From: a bacterium
GTDB lineage: Bacteria > Electryoneota > Electryoneia > Electryoneales > Electryoneaceae
Assembly: GCA_963675295.2 (NCBI GenBank)
Contig: CAXXKJ010000002.1
Location: 4,384,001 to 4,448,000, forward strand
Direction of reading: 5' to 3'
Length of the DNA stretch: 64,000 nucleotides
Part shown: positions 48,951 to 59,003 of the stretch, piece by piece
Numbering within the stretch: the stretch's first letter is position 1
Layout of the letters: each line of letters starts with the position of its first letter
Translations under genes and position numbers: made by a program
The notes under the pieces: model-generated
The model's input: only the letters and a program-made list of their open reading frames with translations
Told to the model about the DNA's origin: nothing
The model's database searches: none

Positions 48951-50495
48951 TCAGGAGTCTTTATCGTGTTTTCTGACGAACTCCTCGATCGCGTCCACGA
49001 TACTTTCGGCGACCTTGGACTTATACTCCTTGCTGCGGACGAGGCGTTCTTCGTTGGCATTGGAGAGGAAGCCTCCCTCAACGAGAATCGCCGGCATGGA
49101 TGCACCCATCAGCACATAGAACCCCGCCTGATCGACGCCACGGCTTTTCTGGCCGGTCCTGTCCTGCATGCCATCCAGTACCATCGACGCCAGATCTTCG
49201 CTTTCCTTTCCGAATTGCGCCTGCGCCATCGAAAGGAGGATGAACGCCTCGTCGCCCAATTCGGGGTATTCGTGCAACTGTTCCTCGTACTGGATAACCT
49301 CGTTCTCCACCTTGGCGATTTCCATCGCACGTTCGGTCCGTGCCGGAGCGAGGAAGTAGGTCTCAAGGCCGTGCGCGCGGCGGTCGCGGGCGGAATTGAA
49401 GTGAATCGAGACGAACAGCTTGCCGTTCGCACGGTTGGCGATGCGGGTGCGTTCGTAGAGCGGAATGAACGTGTCGTCGTCGCGGGTCATCACCACCTTG
49501 ATGCCGGGCAGGCGTTTGCGCATCACCTCGCGTACCGCCAGCGCGGTCTCGAGCGCAAGGTCTTTTTCGTAGATGCCGGAATGTCCGATGGCGCCGGGGT
49601 CTTTGCCGCCGTGGCCGGCGTCAATCACGACCGTGTCGAGAGTCCATTTTTGCTTGTCGGCTTCGAGGGCGGTTTTTACATCCCACTGGGTGCCGTTTTC
49701 CTCCTCAACGAAAGACAGGGTGAGCGTGTAGCGGCAATCGTCGGTCGGTCCGGAGAACCGGGCGGCGTACAACCCACGCGGCAGCTGGATGACGAGCCGG
49801 GATTGGGCCGCGTCCCAGGAGTAGCTCGGTTTGTCGTCCTCCGGTGTGTAGCGGAAATCACCCGGGTTGGCCTCCGGCAGGCGGATGGCCAAGTGCGTGC
49901 TGTCGATCAGAGCGAGCGATGCGCGCTGTGGACGTGTCAGCAGCAGCCGGATGTGCGAACTGTCGGTGGTCGCGGTGATCGGGTCAGCCTCGATCTCGAG
50001 AATGTCCGATTCTGGTGGCGTGAAGCTCAACGCACGCGGGCTGCGGTGTAACGCAACCAAGCCGGGTGTGAAACGATTGACATAATCAACCCAGGTCGCT
50101 TCCGGGATGAACAGGCGCGAGTCGGTCTTTAACGGCGACGCGGGCAGCTGGTAGGTCTTACCGTCCAGCCGTGCGAACGCCGCCTCCGGGGCGAACATTG
50201 CCAGCGCGCCGGGGAAGCTGAAAACATACCGGTCGAGCGAATCGCGGTGGTAGTCAACGCCTATCGCGTCCGCGAAGGACAGCGCGTCCACATAGGCTGT
50301 GGCGCCGATGATCCGCACCGGAGCGGTCGCCTGCTGGTTCTGCGGCAGGTGGATCGTCCAGTGATCGTCGGCGGATTGCGCGATGGCGCGTTGCGGCGCG
50401 AGAGTGGCAACGACACAGAGCAGCGCGATCAGGATCACGGACAGGATCAGCCGGGAACGGATTGTGTAGTGGATATTCGATGTGGGTGCGTGCAT
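48951..50495 (-). CDS. N-acetylmuramoyl-L-alanine amidase (Amidase_3, AmiC-like)
   Basis: Signal peptide. VIDAGHGGKDPGA, EKD, TRDDD.FIPL.ER, FVSIHFN, PAILVEGGFLSN. Start codon uncertain. Confidence 0.92.
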   Translation of the reverse strand: MHAPTSNIHYTIRSRLILSVILIALLCVVATLAPQRAIAQSADDHWTIHLPQNQQATAPVRIIGATAYVDALSFADAIGVDYHRDSLDRYVFSFPGALAMFAPEAAFARLDGKTYQLPASPLKTDSRLFIPEATWVDYVNRFTPGLVALHRSPRALSFTPPESDILEIEADPITATTDSSHIRLLLTRPQRASLALIDSTHLAIRLPEANPGDFRYTPEDDKPSYSWDAAQSRLVIQLPRGLYAARFSGPTDDCRYTLTLSFVEEENGTQWDVKTALEADKQKWTLDTVVIDAGHGGKDPGAIGHSGIYEKDLALETALAVREVMRKRLPGIKVVMTRDDDTFIPLYERTRIANRANGKLFVSIHFNSARDRRAHGLETYFLAPARTERAMEIAKVENEVIQYEEQLHEYPELGDEAFILLSMAQAQFGKESEDLASMVLDGMQDRTGQKSRGVDQAGFYVLMGASMPAILVEGGFLSNANEERLVRSKEYKSKVAESIVDAIEEFVRKHDKDS

Positions 50496-50676
50496 GGAAA
50501 AAGCTAGCGCTCCGGGTTGAGACGTGTCAAGCGGGAACGGTGCCCGGTGATCGTGATCCGGATAGTTCACGACGGGGCGGAAACGGTAGTTCCCGGTACG
50601 GGGTGATAGTCAACGACGGGCTGTAGTAGTCGCCAATCAATGAAGGAACAACGGGGATTCGTCGGGATCTGAAAGG

Positions 50677-50790
50677 CGCGGCGTCCCTACAGGACGCGAC
50701 GGGAACGGACAAACCTGGGACTGGTAAGAGGGGCGCGCGTGTCCGTGTGGCTGAAGCCACACGCTAACCACCTGTCGCCGCTACGCGGCG
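50677..50790. repeat. Composite REP-like element, inverted copy of 7295-7420
   Basis: gcggcgtccctacaggacgc, cgtgtggctgaagccacacgctaac, tcgccgctacgcggc. Confidence 0.75.
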
Positions 50791-50923
50791 GTTGAGGTCC
50801 ATTGTTTGCTTTGTGTCAGTGGTGTCTGTGGCGTCTGTGGCGTCAGTTTCTTCTGTTGCGTCCTTTGCTTCTTTTGCGTCTGTGGCGTCTTTTGCGTCTG
50901 TGGCGTCTTTTGCGTCCGAGAGA

Positions 50924-50954
50924 AGACACCCGGTGTTTGCGGCACCGGGTGTCT
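50924..50954 (-). terminator. Hairpin at the end of the cytochrome cluster
   Basis: agacacccggtg-N7-caccgggtgtct, 12-bp perfect stem. Confidence 0.65.
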
Positions 50955-51056
50955 CACAAGGGGGGTATAAAGTAGCTGGTTAATAGCGGGAACGTGATTA
51001 GCAGTGCGTGTGGCCTAGTCGAAATGTGTTCCCTGCTTGTGTTTTTTACATGAACA

Positions 51057-53597
51057 TCACCCTGTGAAGGTTCCGACCACGATCAGGACCAGCAGTGCAA
51101 GTCCAATCGCCAGCGCGCTGAACCCGAAGGTGTAGAGCAGGATACGCGGAATGACGGCCATCGGCTTGACACGCATGGTGTCGAGCTTGCCTTCCGCCTT
51201 CATCCGTTCGTACCACTCCTGGCGCTCTTCCATCATGTAGTGTTCGCTGACACGTCCCGTGAAGATGACTTCATCCATCGGGAAGTTCTCAGGACGGAAG
51301 TGCTCGTTGAAGAAATGTATGGTGAAGATGAAGCCTGTTGCGAGCAGTGCCTCCTCGGAGTGGATGATCATTGCAGCGTTGATCGCCCAACCCGGCAGGA
51401 ACCTGGTGAAGAATTCCGGGAACCACAAGGTGAGTCCGGACGCTCCGATCACCGCGACACCCCAGAACACCGCCATGTAGTCGAACTTCTCCCAGTAGGT
51501 GAACCGGTTGAAGGTCGGCCTTTCAGCGACACCGATGAAGAATCCGATGTGCTGGAAGAAGTCCTTGATGTCGCGCGGTTGCGGCACGAGGCTGTCGACT
51601 CCCCAGAGCAGGCTCTTCAGCGTCAACTTGCGTCGTACGAGCTTGTACATCAGGCCGCCGAGGTGCAACGCGAAGTAAGTGAAGGTCAATCCGGCACCGA
51701 TACGGTGCAGAATCGCCATCGTACGCAGATCGACGAGGTTGTTCGCGATCCAGTAGGATGCCTCAGTGTACGAATATTTCAGCGGCAGACCGGTCATCGC
51801 GAGCAGCAGGAAGCTGACGATCACGATACCGTGCTGGACGCGTTCGAATACGCCGAAGCGCATGTAGCGCACCTGACCCTTGCGTCCACGGATCTTCCGC
51901 CCGTGACGGATGCCATCCCAGCCGGCCCGCCACAGCCAGAGCAGGGTGTGGATGCCGAAGACGGTTAGCGTGATCCGCAGCAGCCAGACCATGAAGACGT
52001 GAATAATGTCGAGAACCGGATGTTCCTCGTGCGCCATCGGGTCGTAGTGCTGCAACTGGGCGACGAAGTTCTCGTTCACATCGTCGTGGCAACGACCGCA
52101 GGTTTCCATGATATGCTGCTGTGCGATGGAGGATTCCGGATTATCGCGCGGCAGGATCAAGTGGTTATCGTGGCACGAAACACAGGTCGCGAACTCCTCG
52201 CCCTGATAGCCCAGCGAATACGCCTTGCCGTGGTACGTGTTGAGGTAGCCACTGACGGCGTTCGGGTTGAGCTGGAAGCGGAGGATCATGTCACGGTCGG
52301 CGTGGCAGGACGCGCACAGCGAGATAATCGACTGACCGTCAAACTCCTTGGAAATCTTCTGGATCTGATCGCTGCCATGACAGGTTTCGCAGGTCGGGGC
52401 TTCAGTGTGGCCCTTGCGGAAGGCGACACCGTGTGCGGAACGTGACCAGAGGTCGTTCTCTTCCTCGTGGCAACTGGCGCAGCTTAGCGTACCGCCGCCG
52501 GCCTTGTGAGCTTCGGAGGCATCCTCATAGTGGTACGTGTGGCACTGCATGCAGGAGAAGTCGGTGCCATCCTCGCCGCTCATGATGGACGCGTGGGCGA
52601 GATTATCGTCCATGTGCGCGTCTTTATCATGGCAACGGTTACAGGTTTCGCTGACTTCTTCCTGGAAGTGTCCGCCGGCCTGGCCTTCGAAGTGTGTCTC
52701 GTGGCCGGTGTGGCATGCGGCGCAGGTCATCAGGCGCGCGTCCACCCCGCTCTTGCGGTGAATGGTGGCTTCCTTGCCCTCGTGGCACTGCGAGCAGGTG
52801 GCGTCCATGTTGTCGACATGGACCGGCGAGTGCCTGTCATCGACAGCGTAGATGTCGTGGAAGCCATGGCAATCGACGCAGATCGGCGCTTCCTCACTGC
52901 CCGCCTTGACGGCAAGGTAGTGTTCCGACTTGAGGTAGCCCTCGGAATCGTCCTTGTGACAGTTCAGGCATTTGCGGGTTACTTCAATCCGCCAGTCCGC
53001 CTCAAGCATGTCGCCACGTTCGTTCTTCGTGTGCGCGGCGTGGCACGAGGTGCAGGAGATGGTCGCATCCGTGGTTGAACCATGCACGGACTTCGCGAGC
53101 GTCTTCACCTCCTGGTTGTGGCAGACGCCGCAGACCTTGCGCGTGTCGGCCTCGCCGGAGATCTCGTGGTTGCCGTGACAGGACGTGCACCCGGGGATGT
53201 TGCTGAATCCGCGCGCCTCGAGGTGCTGATAGAACCCGTCCATGTACTCTTCGAACGCGTCATCGTGGCACATCGAGCAATCAACGCCCGGCAGGTTCGC
53301 TTCGTGCGGCCAATCCTCGACGCCGTCCAGCGACTGGTGGCAGTCGATGCAACCGAATCCGGCGTGGACCGACTCTTCGATCATCGCCGAATTCGCGTAC
53401 AGGGATTGCGGGATGCCCTGTTCCATGCGGGACATGTCTGGATCATCGTGACACATCTCGCAGGTTTCGTCATCCTGCGCGAACGCTCCCGCCGTCATGG
53501 TGAACAGCAGGAACGTCAGCAGAAACATCGCCATAGCGAGGGATGGTGTCATCCCTCGCGATGCGTTTACAGTTTTAATGCGGAAGAAGTGGATCAT
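51057..53597 (-). CDS. Multiheme cytochrome c (17 CxxCH) fused to cytochrome b (FdnI/CbcL-like) membrane domain
   Basis: 17 CxxCH counted. C-terminal TMs with ERVQH..SFLLLAMTGLP, HRIGA, FTYWEKFDY, HSEEALLA..FIFTIHFF. Start codon uncertain. Confidence 0.9.
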   Translation of the reverse strand: MIHFFRIKTVNASRGMTPSLAMAMFLLTFLLFTMTAGAFAQDDETCEMCHDDPDMSRMEQGIPQSLYANSAMIEESVHAGFGCIDCHQSLDGVEDWPHEANLPGVDCSMCHDDAFEEYMDGFYQHLEARGFSNIPGCTSCHGNHEISGEADTRKVCGVCHNQEVKTLAKSVHGSTTDATISCTSCHAAHTKNERGDMLEADWRIEVTRKCLNCHKDDSEGYLKSEHYLAVKAGSEEAPICVDCHGFHDIYAVDDRHSPVHVDNMDATCSQCHEGKEATIHRKSGVDARLMTCAACHTGHETHFEGQAGGHFQEEVSETCNRCHDKDAHMDDNLAHASIMSGEDGTDFSCMQCHTYHYEDASEAHKAGGGTLSCASCHEEENDLWSRSAHGVAFRKGHTEAPTCETCHGSDQIQKISKEFDGQSIISLCASCHADRDMILRFQLNPNAVSGYLNTYHGKAYSLGYQGEEFATCVSCHDNHLILPRDNPESSIAQQHIMETCGRCHDDVNENFVAQLQHYDPMAHEEHPVLDIIHVFMVWLLRITLTVFGIHTLLWLWRAGWDGIRHGRKIRGRKGQVRYMRFGVFERVQHGIVIVSFLLLAMTGLPLKYSYTEASYWIANNLVDLRTMAILHRIGAGLTFTYFALHLGGLMYKLVRRKLTLKSLLWGVDSLVPQPRDIKDFFQHIGFFIGVAERPTFNRFTYWEKFDYMAVFWGVAVIGASGLTLWFPEFFTRFLPGWAINAAMIIHSEEALLATGFIFTIHFFNEHFRPENFPMDEVIFTGRVSEHYMMEERQEWYERMKAEGKLDTMRVKPMAVIPRILLYTFGFSALAIGLALLVLIVVGTFTG

Positions 53598-56160
53598 CCT
53601 TCTCTCCGTCGGCATACTTGCCGGTGGGGGGCAAGAGCTTGGGTTCACGACCCAGTTCGTTCGTTTCATCGCTGTGGTGGTGGTCCCACTCGTGCTTCGG
53701 CATTCTTCCCGTAATCCAGATCCAGCTCATCGGATACTCGCGCGGAATGAAGATGGTGAAGAAGAAGTGCCAGATAATGATTGCACCAACAGCGAGAATC
53801 GCTTCGTAAAAGTGAATGGTTTCGCTGACTCGAATGACCCAGGCCGGCAGGAAGGCTGTGACCAGGTCCGGATACATCAGGATGAAGCCGGTCAGACCCA
53901 TGACAATCGTCCCCCAGACCAGGGCCCAGTACTCGGCTTTTTGCGTGTAGTCGAACATGCCGTGGCGCGGCTGCTTCGTCTTCATGCCCATGTAATAGGC
54001 CATGGTACCAAGCGCGCGTCCGGCGTCCTTCGGATGCGGGATCATCGCCTTCATCAGCTCACGTCCACGCGCGGTGAACCAGAGATACGCGATGTGGTAG
54101 AACGACGTGGCGATCATCAACCCGGCCATCAGGCGGTGGGTGAACGCACGAACGTTTTCCGTCATCCCGAGCGCAGTGAGCATTTTCACCCACCAGGCCT
54201 CCGGATAACGCAACGCGAAGCCGGTAATCGCCAGCACAATGAAGGTAAACGCCAGCAGGACATGCTGCCAGATCTCGTTCTTCGTCATGCGCAGCACGGC
54301 TTCCTGCGCTTCGTGGTGACGCTTGTGGTGACGGATGGTCTTGAACAGGATGAGACCGTTGTGGAAGGCCATTCCGCCGAGCACGATCGCGATCAGGATG
54401 ATGTAGATCACCTGCGCGTAGTCGTGAATACCCCAAGCGCCTCGCGCTGAGATGTGGCTGTAACTTGCCGCGAAGGTTGCGTTCGACTGCGGGTGGCACT
54501 TGCGGCAGGTTTCGACGACGTTGTCCGGGTGAATGCTCGATTCCGGATCGAAGATGCTGCGCACATCGTGCGTGTTGTGGCAGTCTTCGCACGTCGCAAC
54601 GGCTTCTCCACCGCGCTGAATCGCCCAGCCATGGTAGCTGTCCAGGTAACTGGAGAACACTTCGGTAGGCAGACCGTATCGCGCACCCATTTCCGGGTCT
54701 TCGTGGCACTCGCGGCATGCCATGTTGGTGATGTTGCCAGGATTGACCGGCGAGTTCGGGTCGCTGGTGTCGAGAATCAGGTGTTCGTCGTGGCAGTCGG
54801 TGCAGTCCGGCGAATCTTTGATACCGTGCTGGACCGCGCGTCCGTGAACTGAACCGGCGTATTTGTCCGCCACCTTGTCATGGCACTGGCCGCAGGTCTG
54901 CACCAGGTTTTCACGGGCGACCATCGAGCTCGGAACGTTCGCCGATTGCAAGTTGTGGCTGCCGTGGCAGTCGGTACACACCGCAGTGTGCTTGCCTTCA
55001 GCCAATCCCTTGCCGTGGACCGATTCCGAGTAGCTCGGCAAGCTGATCGGGAGGCGGACATAGTCGTTGGTGATGACGGTGTTGTCGGTGTGGCATTCGC
55101 CGCACATGTCCGGAATGTTGGCGTGGTTCACCGGGCTTTCCGGATTTTCCGCCGGGAGAATGTGGTGTCCGCCGTGGCAGTCGGCGCATTCCGCGGCGAC
55201 AACGTCCCCGTGCAAACGGGCGAGACGGTGGGCGCTGGTACGGTAGACCGCTTCCGCGTCTTCATGGCACTGGCCGCAGCCGAATTCGAGCTCGCTTCCC
55301 TCTTCAACATCCGCAGACACCTGGTGCGTCTTGTGGCAGGAGAGGCAGTTCATGTCCCCTTCGGCGAGCAGATCTTCGTGCACCGATCCGGTGAACTGGG
55401 AATCGTAATCGTCGTGACAGTCGACGCAGGCCTGTAGCGTGCCGCTGTCGACTTCAGGGATGTGGGTGGCGTGCACATCGTGGCAGGATGCGCAGTTGAT
55501 CGCCCCGCGTTCGGTTTCGCCGAACGGATGGCCGCCGATCATCACCGACTGCATCGCGTTGTCGTGGCAGGAGAGACAGATGGTGTTGACCGCGCCGGCG
55601 GACGGCGGCAGGTCGGCGCCGTGCGTCGGGTGGCAGGAGGTGCAGCCCGGGCTCGGCTTGCCCTGATCATGCGCAACCTGGTGCACCGACCCACGATACG
55701 CCTGGGTTTCCTTGCGGTGGCAAACCCGGCACGCGTTTTCCTCGATACCGGTGTCGACACTCTGCAGCCGGTGCGGGTCCTGGGATGAACCGTGGCAGTC
55801 GGAGCAGTTCGGCGCTTCACGCACACCCTGTGCCAGCGCACGGCCATGGAAGCTGCCATCGTAGCTGCCGGCGGCATCTTCATGGCACATGCTGCAGTCT
55901 ACCGGGTGGTAGACGCTGAAGTGGGGCAAATCTTCCCAGTCGGCTCCGGGTTGATCGTGGCAGTCGACACAGTCGAAGAAGCCGTGGACACTGTCCATGT
56001 AATACTCTTCGTCGACACCGACGATGGTACCATCTTCGGCTTCCAGTTCGGTATCGGCATGACACATCAGGCAGTCATCCGCTGACTGCGCGAACAGCAG
56101 AACCGGCAACAGCCAGATCAGCAGGAAGAACCCGAATCGAGTGTGCGGGTGCGCGTGCAT
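53575..56160 (-). CDS. Multiheme cytochrome c (19 CxxCH) fused to cytochrome b (FdnI/CbcL-like) membrane domain
   Basis: Signal peptide. 19 CxxCH counted. WQH..TFIVLAITGF, HRLMA, FDYTQKAEYW, HFYEAILA..IIWHFF. Confidence 0.9.
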   Translation of the reverse strand: MHAHPHTRFGFFLLIWLLPVLLFAQSADDCLMCHADTELEAEDGTIVGVDEEYYMDSVHGFFDCVDCHDQPGADWEDLPHFSVYHPVDCSMCHEDAAGSYDGSFHGRALAQGVREAPNCSDCHGSSQDPHRLQSVDTGIEENACRVCHRKETQAYRGSVHQVAHDQGKPSPGCTSCHPTHGADLPPSAGAVNTICLSCHDNAMQSVMIGGHPFGETERGAINCASCHDVHATHIPEVDSGTLQACVDCHDDYDSQFTGSVHEDLLAEGDMNCLSCHKTHQVSADVEEGSELEFGCGQCHEDAEAVYRTSAHRLARLHGDVVAAECADCHGGHHILPAENPESPVNHANIPDMCGECHTDNTVITNDYVRLPISLPSYSESVHGKGLAEGKHTAVCTDCHGSHNLQSANVPSSMVARENLVQTCGQCHDKVADKYAGSVHGRAVQHGIKDSPDCTDCHDEHLILDTSDPNSPVNPGNITNMACRECHEDPEMGARYGLPTEVFSSYLDSYHGWAIQRGGEAVATCEDCHNTHDVRSIFDPESSIHPDNVVETCRKCHPQSNATFAASYSHISARGAWGIHDYAQVIYIILIAIVLGGMAFHNGLILFKTIRHHKRHHEAQEAVLRMTKNEIWQHVLLAFTFIVLAITGFALRYPEAWWVKMLTALGMTENVRAFTHRLMAGLMIATSFYHIAYLWFTARGRELMKAMIPHPKDAGRALGTMAYYMGMKTKQPRHGMFDYTQKAEYWALVWGTIVMGLTGFILMYPDLVTAFLPAWVIRVSETIHFYEAILAVGAIIIWHFFFTIFIPREYPMSWIWITGRMPKHEWDHHHSDETNELGREPKLLPPTGKYADGEKDDPLLPH

Positions 56161-56599
56161 CTGAATCCATCTCCACCAGGTTGTGCGTTGAACAAAGCGT
56201 TTGCAGCGGTTGCAGTTCCGTTCAACGCGTGGCCCCATAATGGGGTCGTGTCAAGGCGTGAGGTCGTCCTCACGAAGTTGTTTGTGCGTGGAAACAATCG
56301 GTCTTAGGCCGGCTGGCATCAGAATTAGGCAATTCGTGGTATCGCTTGCCGTTTGATCAATCCAGCCATTGTGAATATAATAACGAACCCTCCTCGATAC
56401 CGATTGTTAAGCTCTCCAAACCTCTGGTATTTCAACAACAGAGCGGGTGCCGAAATCTCACCCGCTCGTGCAAATCTTCACAAACTTTTAACAGCAGTAA
56501 ACCGTGTGGAAGTGTGGCCTGCAGCCTTGGGGGCTCCACGGCTGCAGGCCGACACGCCGTCTGGGGGGCTGACGGCAGTTTCACACGGAAAACCACTCA

Positions 56600-57133
56600 C
56601 TATTCGCCCTCGGGAACGCTGTGTTCGATCTCCGCCCAATACTCTTCGAGGACGAATGGCTTGTAGGTCGGGCTCTCTTCATTATGGCAGGACACGCAAC
56701 CTTCTTTCGGCGCGGCGACCATGCCGTTTGCGATGGAAGCTTCACGATCCTTCATGATCTTCATCGACTTGTAGTCGGCGCCGGCACCATGGCAGGATTC
56801 GCAGGAGATACCGTCGGCCATGTCGAGGTCGGCGGTCAGGCTGGCATCCATACCGTACCCGGTGACGTGGCACTTCAGGCATTCGGCGGCTTCCTGCGGG
56901 TTACCGAGGCCCTTTTCGGTGGCGATGGCTTTTGCCTCATCGGTGGCGAGGGTTGCGTACGCCTTGGCGTGCGGACCTTCCTGCCACTTCTCGAGGATCA
57001 TGCCTTTCTTTTCACCCTTGTGGCACATGCCACATTTGTTCGCTCCGATGAACGCATGGTCTTGCGCGAACACGTCGGCGCTATAGGCTCCCACCACGAG
57101 GATGGCGAGGAGCAAGATCAGGATCTTTCGCAT
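56600..57133 (-). CDS. Tetraheme cytochrome c554-like periplasmic protein
   Basis: Signal peptide. FIGANKCGMCH, HAKAYATL, CLKCHVTG, CESCHGAG, CVSCHNEESPT. Confidence 0.88.
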   Translation of the reverse strand: MRKILILLLAILVVGAYSADVFAQDHAFIGANKCGMCHKGEKKGMILEKWQEGPHAKAYATLATDEAKAIATEKGLGNPQEAAECLKCHVTGYGMDASLTADLDMADGISCESCHGAGADYKSMKIMKDREASIANGMVAAPKEGCVSCHNEESPTYKPFVLEEYWAEIEHSVPEGE

Positions 57134-57194
57134 GTATCTATGCCTCCTTTGTGAAGGAAATGTGGTTTCCTCAAGTTCCGCGTTTTTTCTTGTA

Positions 57195-58163
57195 CTATTC
57201 GTTGAAGTTAACAGATCCATTAATGTGCAGATCTTCGTTCACAATCTCAACGAATGTGTCGTCATCATCGCCGTCCGCACCGACAACAGCCCCGTGGCAC
57301 GAGACGCAGTCATCGTTGGCCGGGTGGCCCTGTTCGAGCGGCGGCGGATACATGTGGCACGAGGTGCATGTGAACTCGACGTTCTGCAGCCGCCAGTCAA
57401 GCACGCCACCGCCGTGACAGTAGACGTTCGAACAGGTGCTGGCGTCCGTATTCCATTCCGGATCGAAATCACCAGTCCGTGCGACACTGCCGAAGCGGAT
57501 TTCGACCATGCCCGGGGTGTCGTCGTTGTAGTGACCATCCGCAACGGCCTGTGCCGGTTGGCGGTGACAGTCGGCGCAAGTCATGTCCGCGTGCCAGCCG
57601 CTGCCAGCGAGGTGCGTCATGTGTGCGCCCTTGTCGGGTGCCCAATCGATCATGACGGACGCGTCACCTTCAAAGTTACCGTGGCAGGTATTGCACGCCA
57701 GGGCACCGAGTTCGCTGTCGTGGCAGCCTTCGGACGAGCAGCTGCCGCCGAAGTCGACGTCCAGCTGATCCGCGGGTTGACTGGTCGCGGAGTGACAGGT
57801 GTAGCACTCGTCCATCATGTATTCGTTTTCACTCATCCACTGCGCGTGTTCGAACGCGTTGTCGAAAAAGACATAGTGGTTGTTGGTGTTGTGGCACTCG
57901 GTGCAGGCGCGCACCGGGTCCATCGGATCACCGAGTTCAACACCGCGCAGCTCTTCACCATGGCACTCGGTACACTGGGCGAAATCGTAATCCTGTGCCA
58001 CCATGTAGGCAGCGTGGCTGGATTCACCGAACGGGTGCCGCGCCTCGGCTGGCGAGGTCGGATCCCAATCGTCCGCGACTTCACTCCCGCAGCCTGTCAG
58101 CAGACCAGCGACGGTCAGCACCAGGATCGGGAGGAGCCAGCGTGTATCACGTTTCTTCAGCAT
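57195..58163 (-). CDS. Multiheme cytochrome c lipoprotein with CxxxxCH/CxxCH domain
   Basis: Lipobox LLTGC. 7 CxxCH plus 2 CX4CH (CSSEGCH, CSNVYCH). C-terminal LHING. Confidence 0.88.
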   Translation of the reverse strand: MLKKRDTRWLLPILVLTVAGLLTGCGSEVADDWDPTSPAEARHPFGESSHAAYMVAQDYDFAQCTECHGEELRGVELGDPMDPVRACTECHNTNNHYVFFDNAFEHAQWMSENEYMMDECYTCHSATSQPADQLDVDFGGSCSSEGCHDSELGALACNTCHGNFEGDASVMIDWAPDKGAHMTHLAGSGWHADMTCADCHRQPAQAVADGHYNDDTPGMVEIRFGSVARTGDFDPEWNTDASTCSNVYCHGGGVLDWRLQNVEFTCTSCHMYPPPLEQGHPANDDCVSCHGAVVGADGDDDDTFVEIVNEDLHINGSVNFNE

Positions 58164-58175
58164 GGTTCGTCTCCT

Positions 58176-59003
58176 TTACTGGTGACACCGGGCACAGACC
58201 GGGTCCTGGTTTTCGACATCGTGGCACGCGAGGCAGGCGAGCAGGAATGCGCTGGCGTCATCAACGTGCTCACCGCCGTCCGCGTTGTTGGCGTACGTTG
58301 GCCCGAGCGGGTGCGGCGTCGGCACGGTCGCGCGGTGGCAGGCGATGCAGTCGTCGCGGGTTTCATGGCACGACAGGCATTCCTGTCCGTACATGGTTTC
58401 CAGCGAGTGGGAGAAGCGCCACTCCGGCGGATGCGGCGTGTTCGCCAGGATGTTTTCGCCCTGGTGGCATTCGTCGCACGTGTTCTGAGTGTGGCAGGCG
58501 GCGCAATCGTTCTCGCTCATCATCGCGTCCATGCCGTGATCATGTACCCAGGTTTCGAGCCGGTGCGTCGTCGGCGTCACCTCGAGATCTTCGTGGCAGC
58601 CCTGGCAGCTTTCGCTGGTCGGATAGCCGGGTTCCATCTCGTCGGCGGGACCGTGGCAGGCGGCGCAGTCGAGATCGCCGTGATTGCCGTGCGCGAAGGT
58701 TGTGTATTTCGTACCGGCGTACACTGCCGGCGCGGCCATCGGATCGCCGACGTGACAGGTTTCGCAGTCATCGTCGACGTCGTGGCACATTTCGCAGGTG
58801 TCGTGGTTCGGCACCGGGATCATGTCGTCGAGCATCGTGTCCATGATGCCCGCGTGACAATCTTCACAGGCAATGCCGGCGTCCGCGACGTGCAGCGGAT
58901 GGTTAAAGTTGAGGTGGCCGTAGTTTCCGCCGATGGCGAACCAGGCAACGGTCAGCAGCCCGAGCAGCAGGGCGGCGATGCGGATGGTGCGTTTCGTCGT
59001 CAT
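58176..59003 (-). CDS. Periplasmic multiheme cytochrome c (cytochrome c3/c7-like, 11 CxxCH)
   Basis: N-terminal signal/anchor, FNHPLH, 11 CxxCH in 275 aa. Overlaps the stop codon of the porin gene. Confidence 0.9.
   Translation of the reverse strand: MTTKRTIRIAALLLGLLTVAWFAIGGNYGHLNFNHPLHVADAGIACEDCHAGIMDTMLDDMIPVPNHDTCEMCHDVDDDCETCHVGDPMAAPAVYAGTKYTTFAHGNHGDLDCAACHGPADEMEPGYPTSESCQGCHEDLEVTPTTHRLETWVHDHGMDAMMSENDCAACHTQNTCDECHQGENILANTPHPPEWRFSHSLETMYGQECLSCHETRDDCIACHRATVPTPHPLGPTYANNADGGEHVDDASAFLLACLACHDVENQDPVCARCHQ

Noticed and set aside
51015-51059. Selenocysteine readthrough of the TGA ending the last cytochrome gene (would add UCSC...)
   Set aside because: No SECIS-like hairpin is evident, and the protein already ends after its last TM helix. 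The glutathione peroxidase likewise has Cys (TGC), not Sec.
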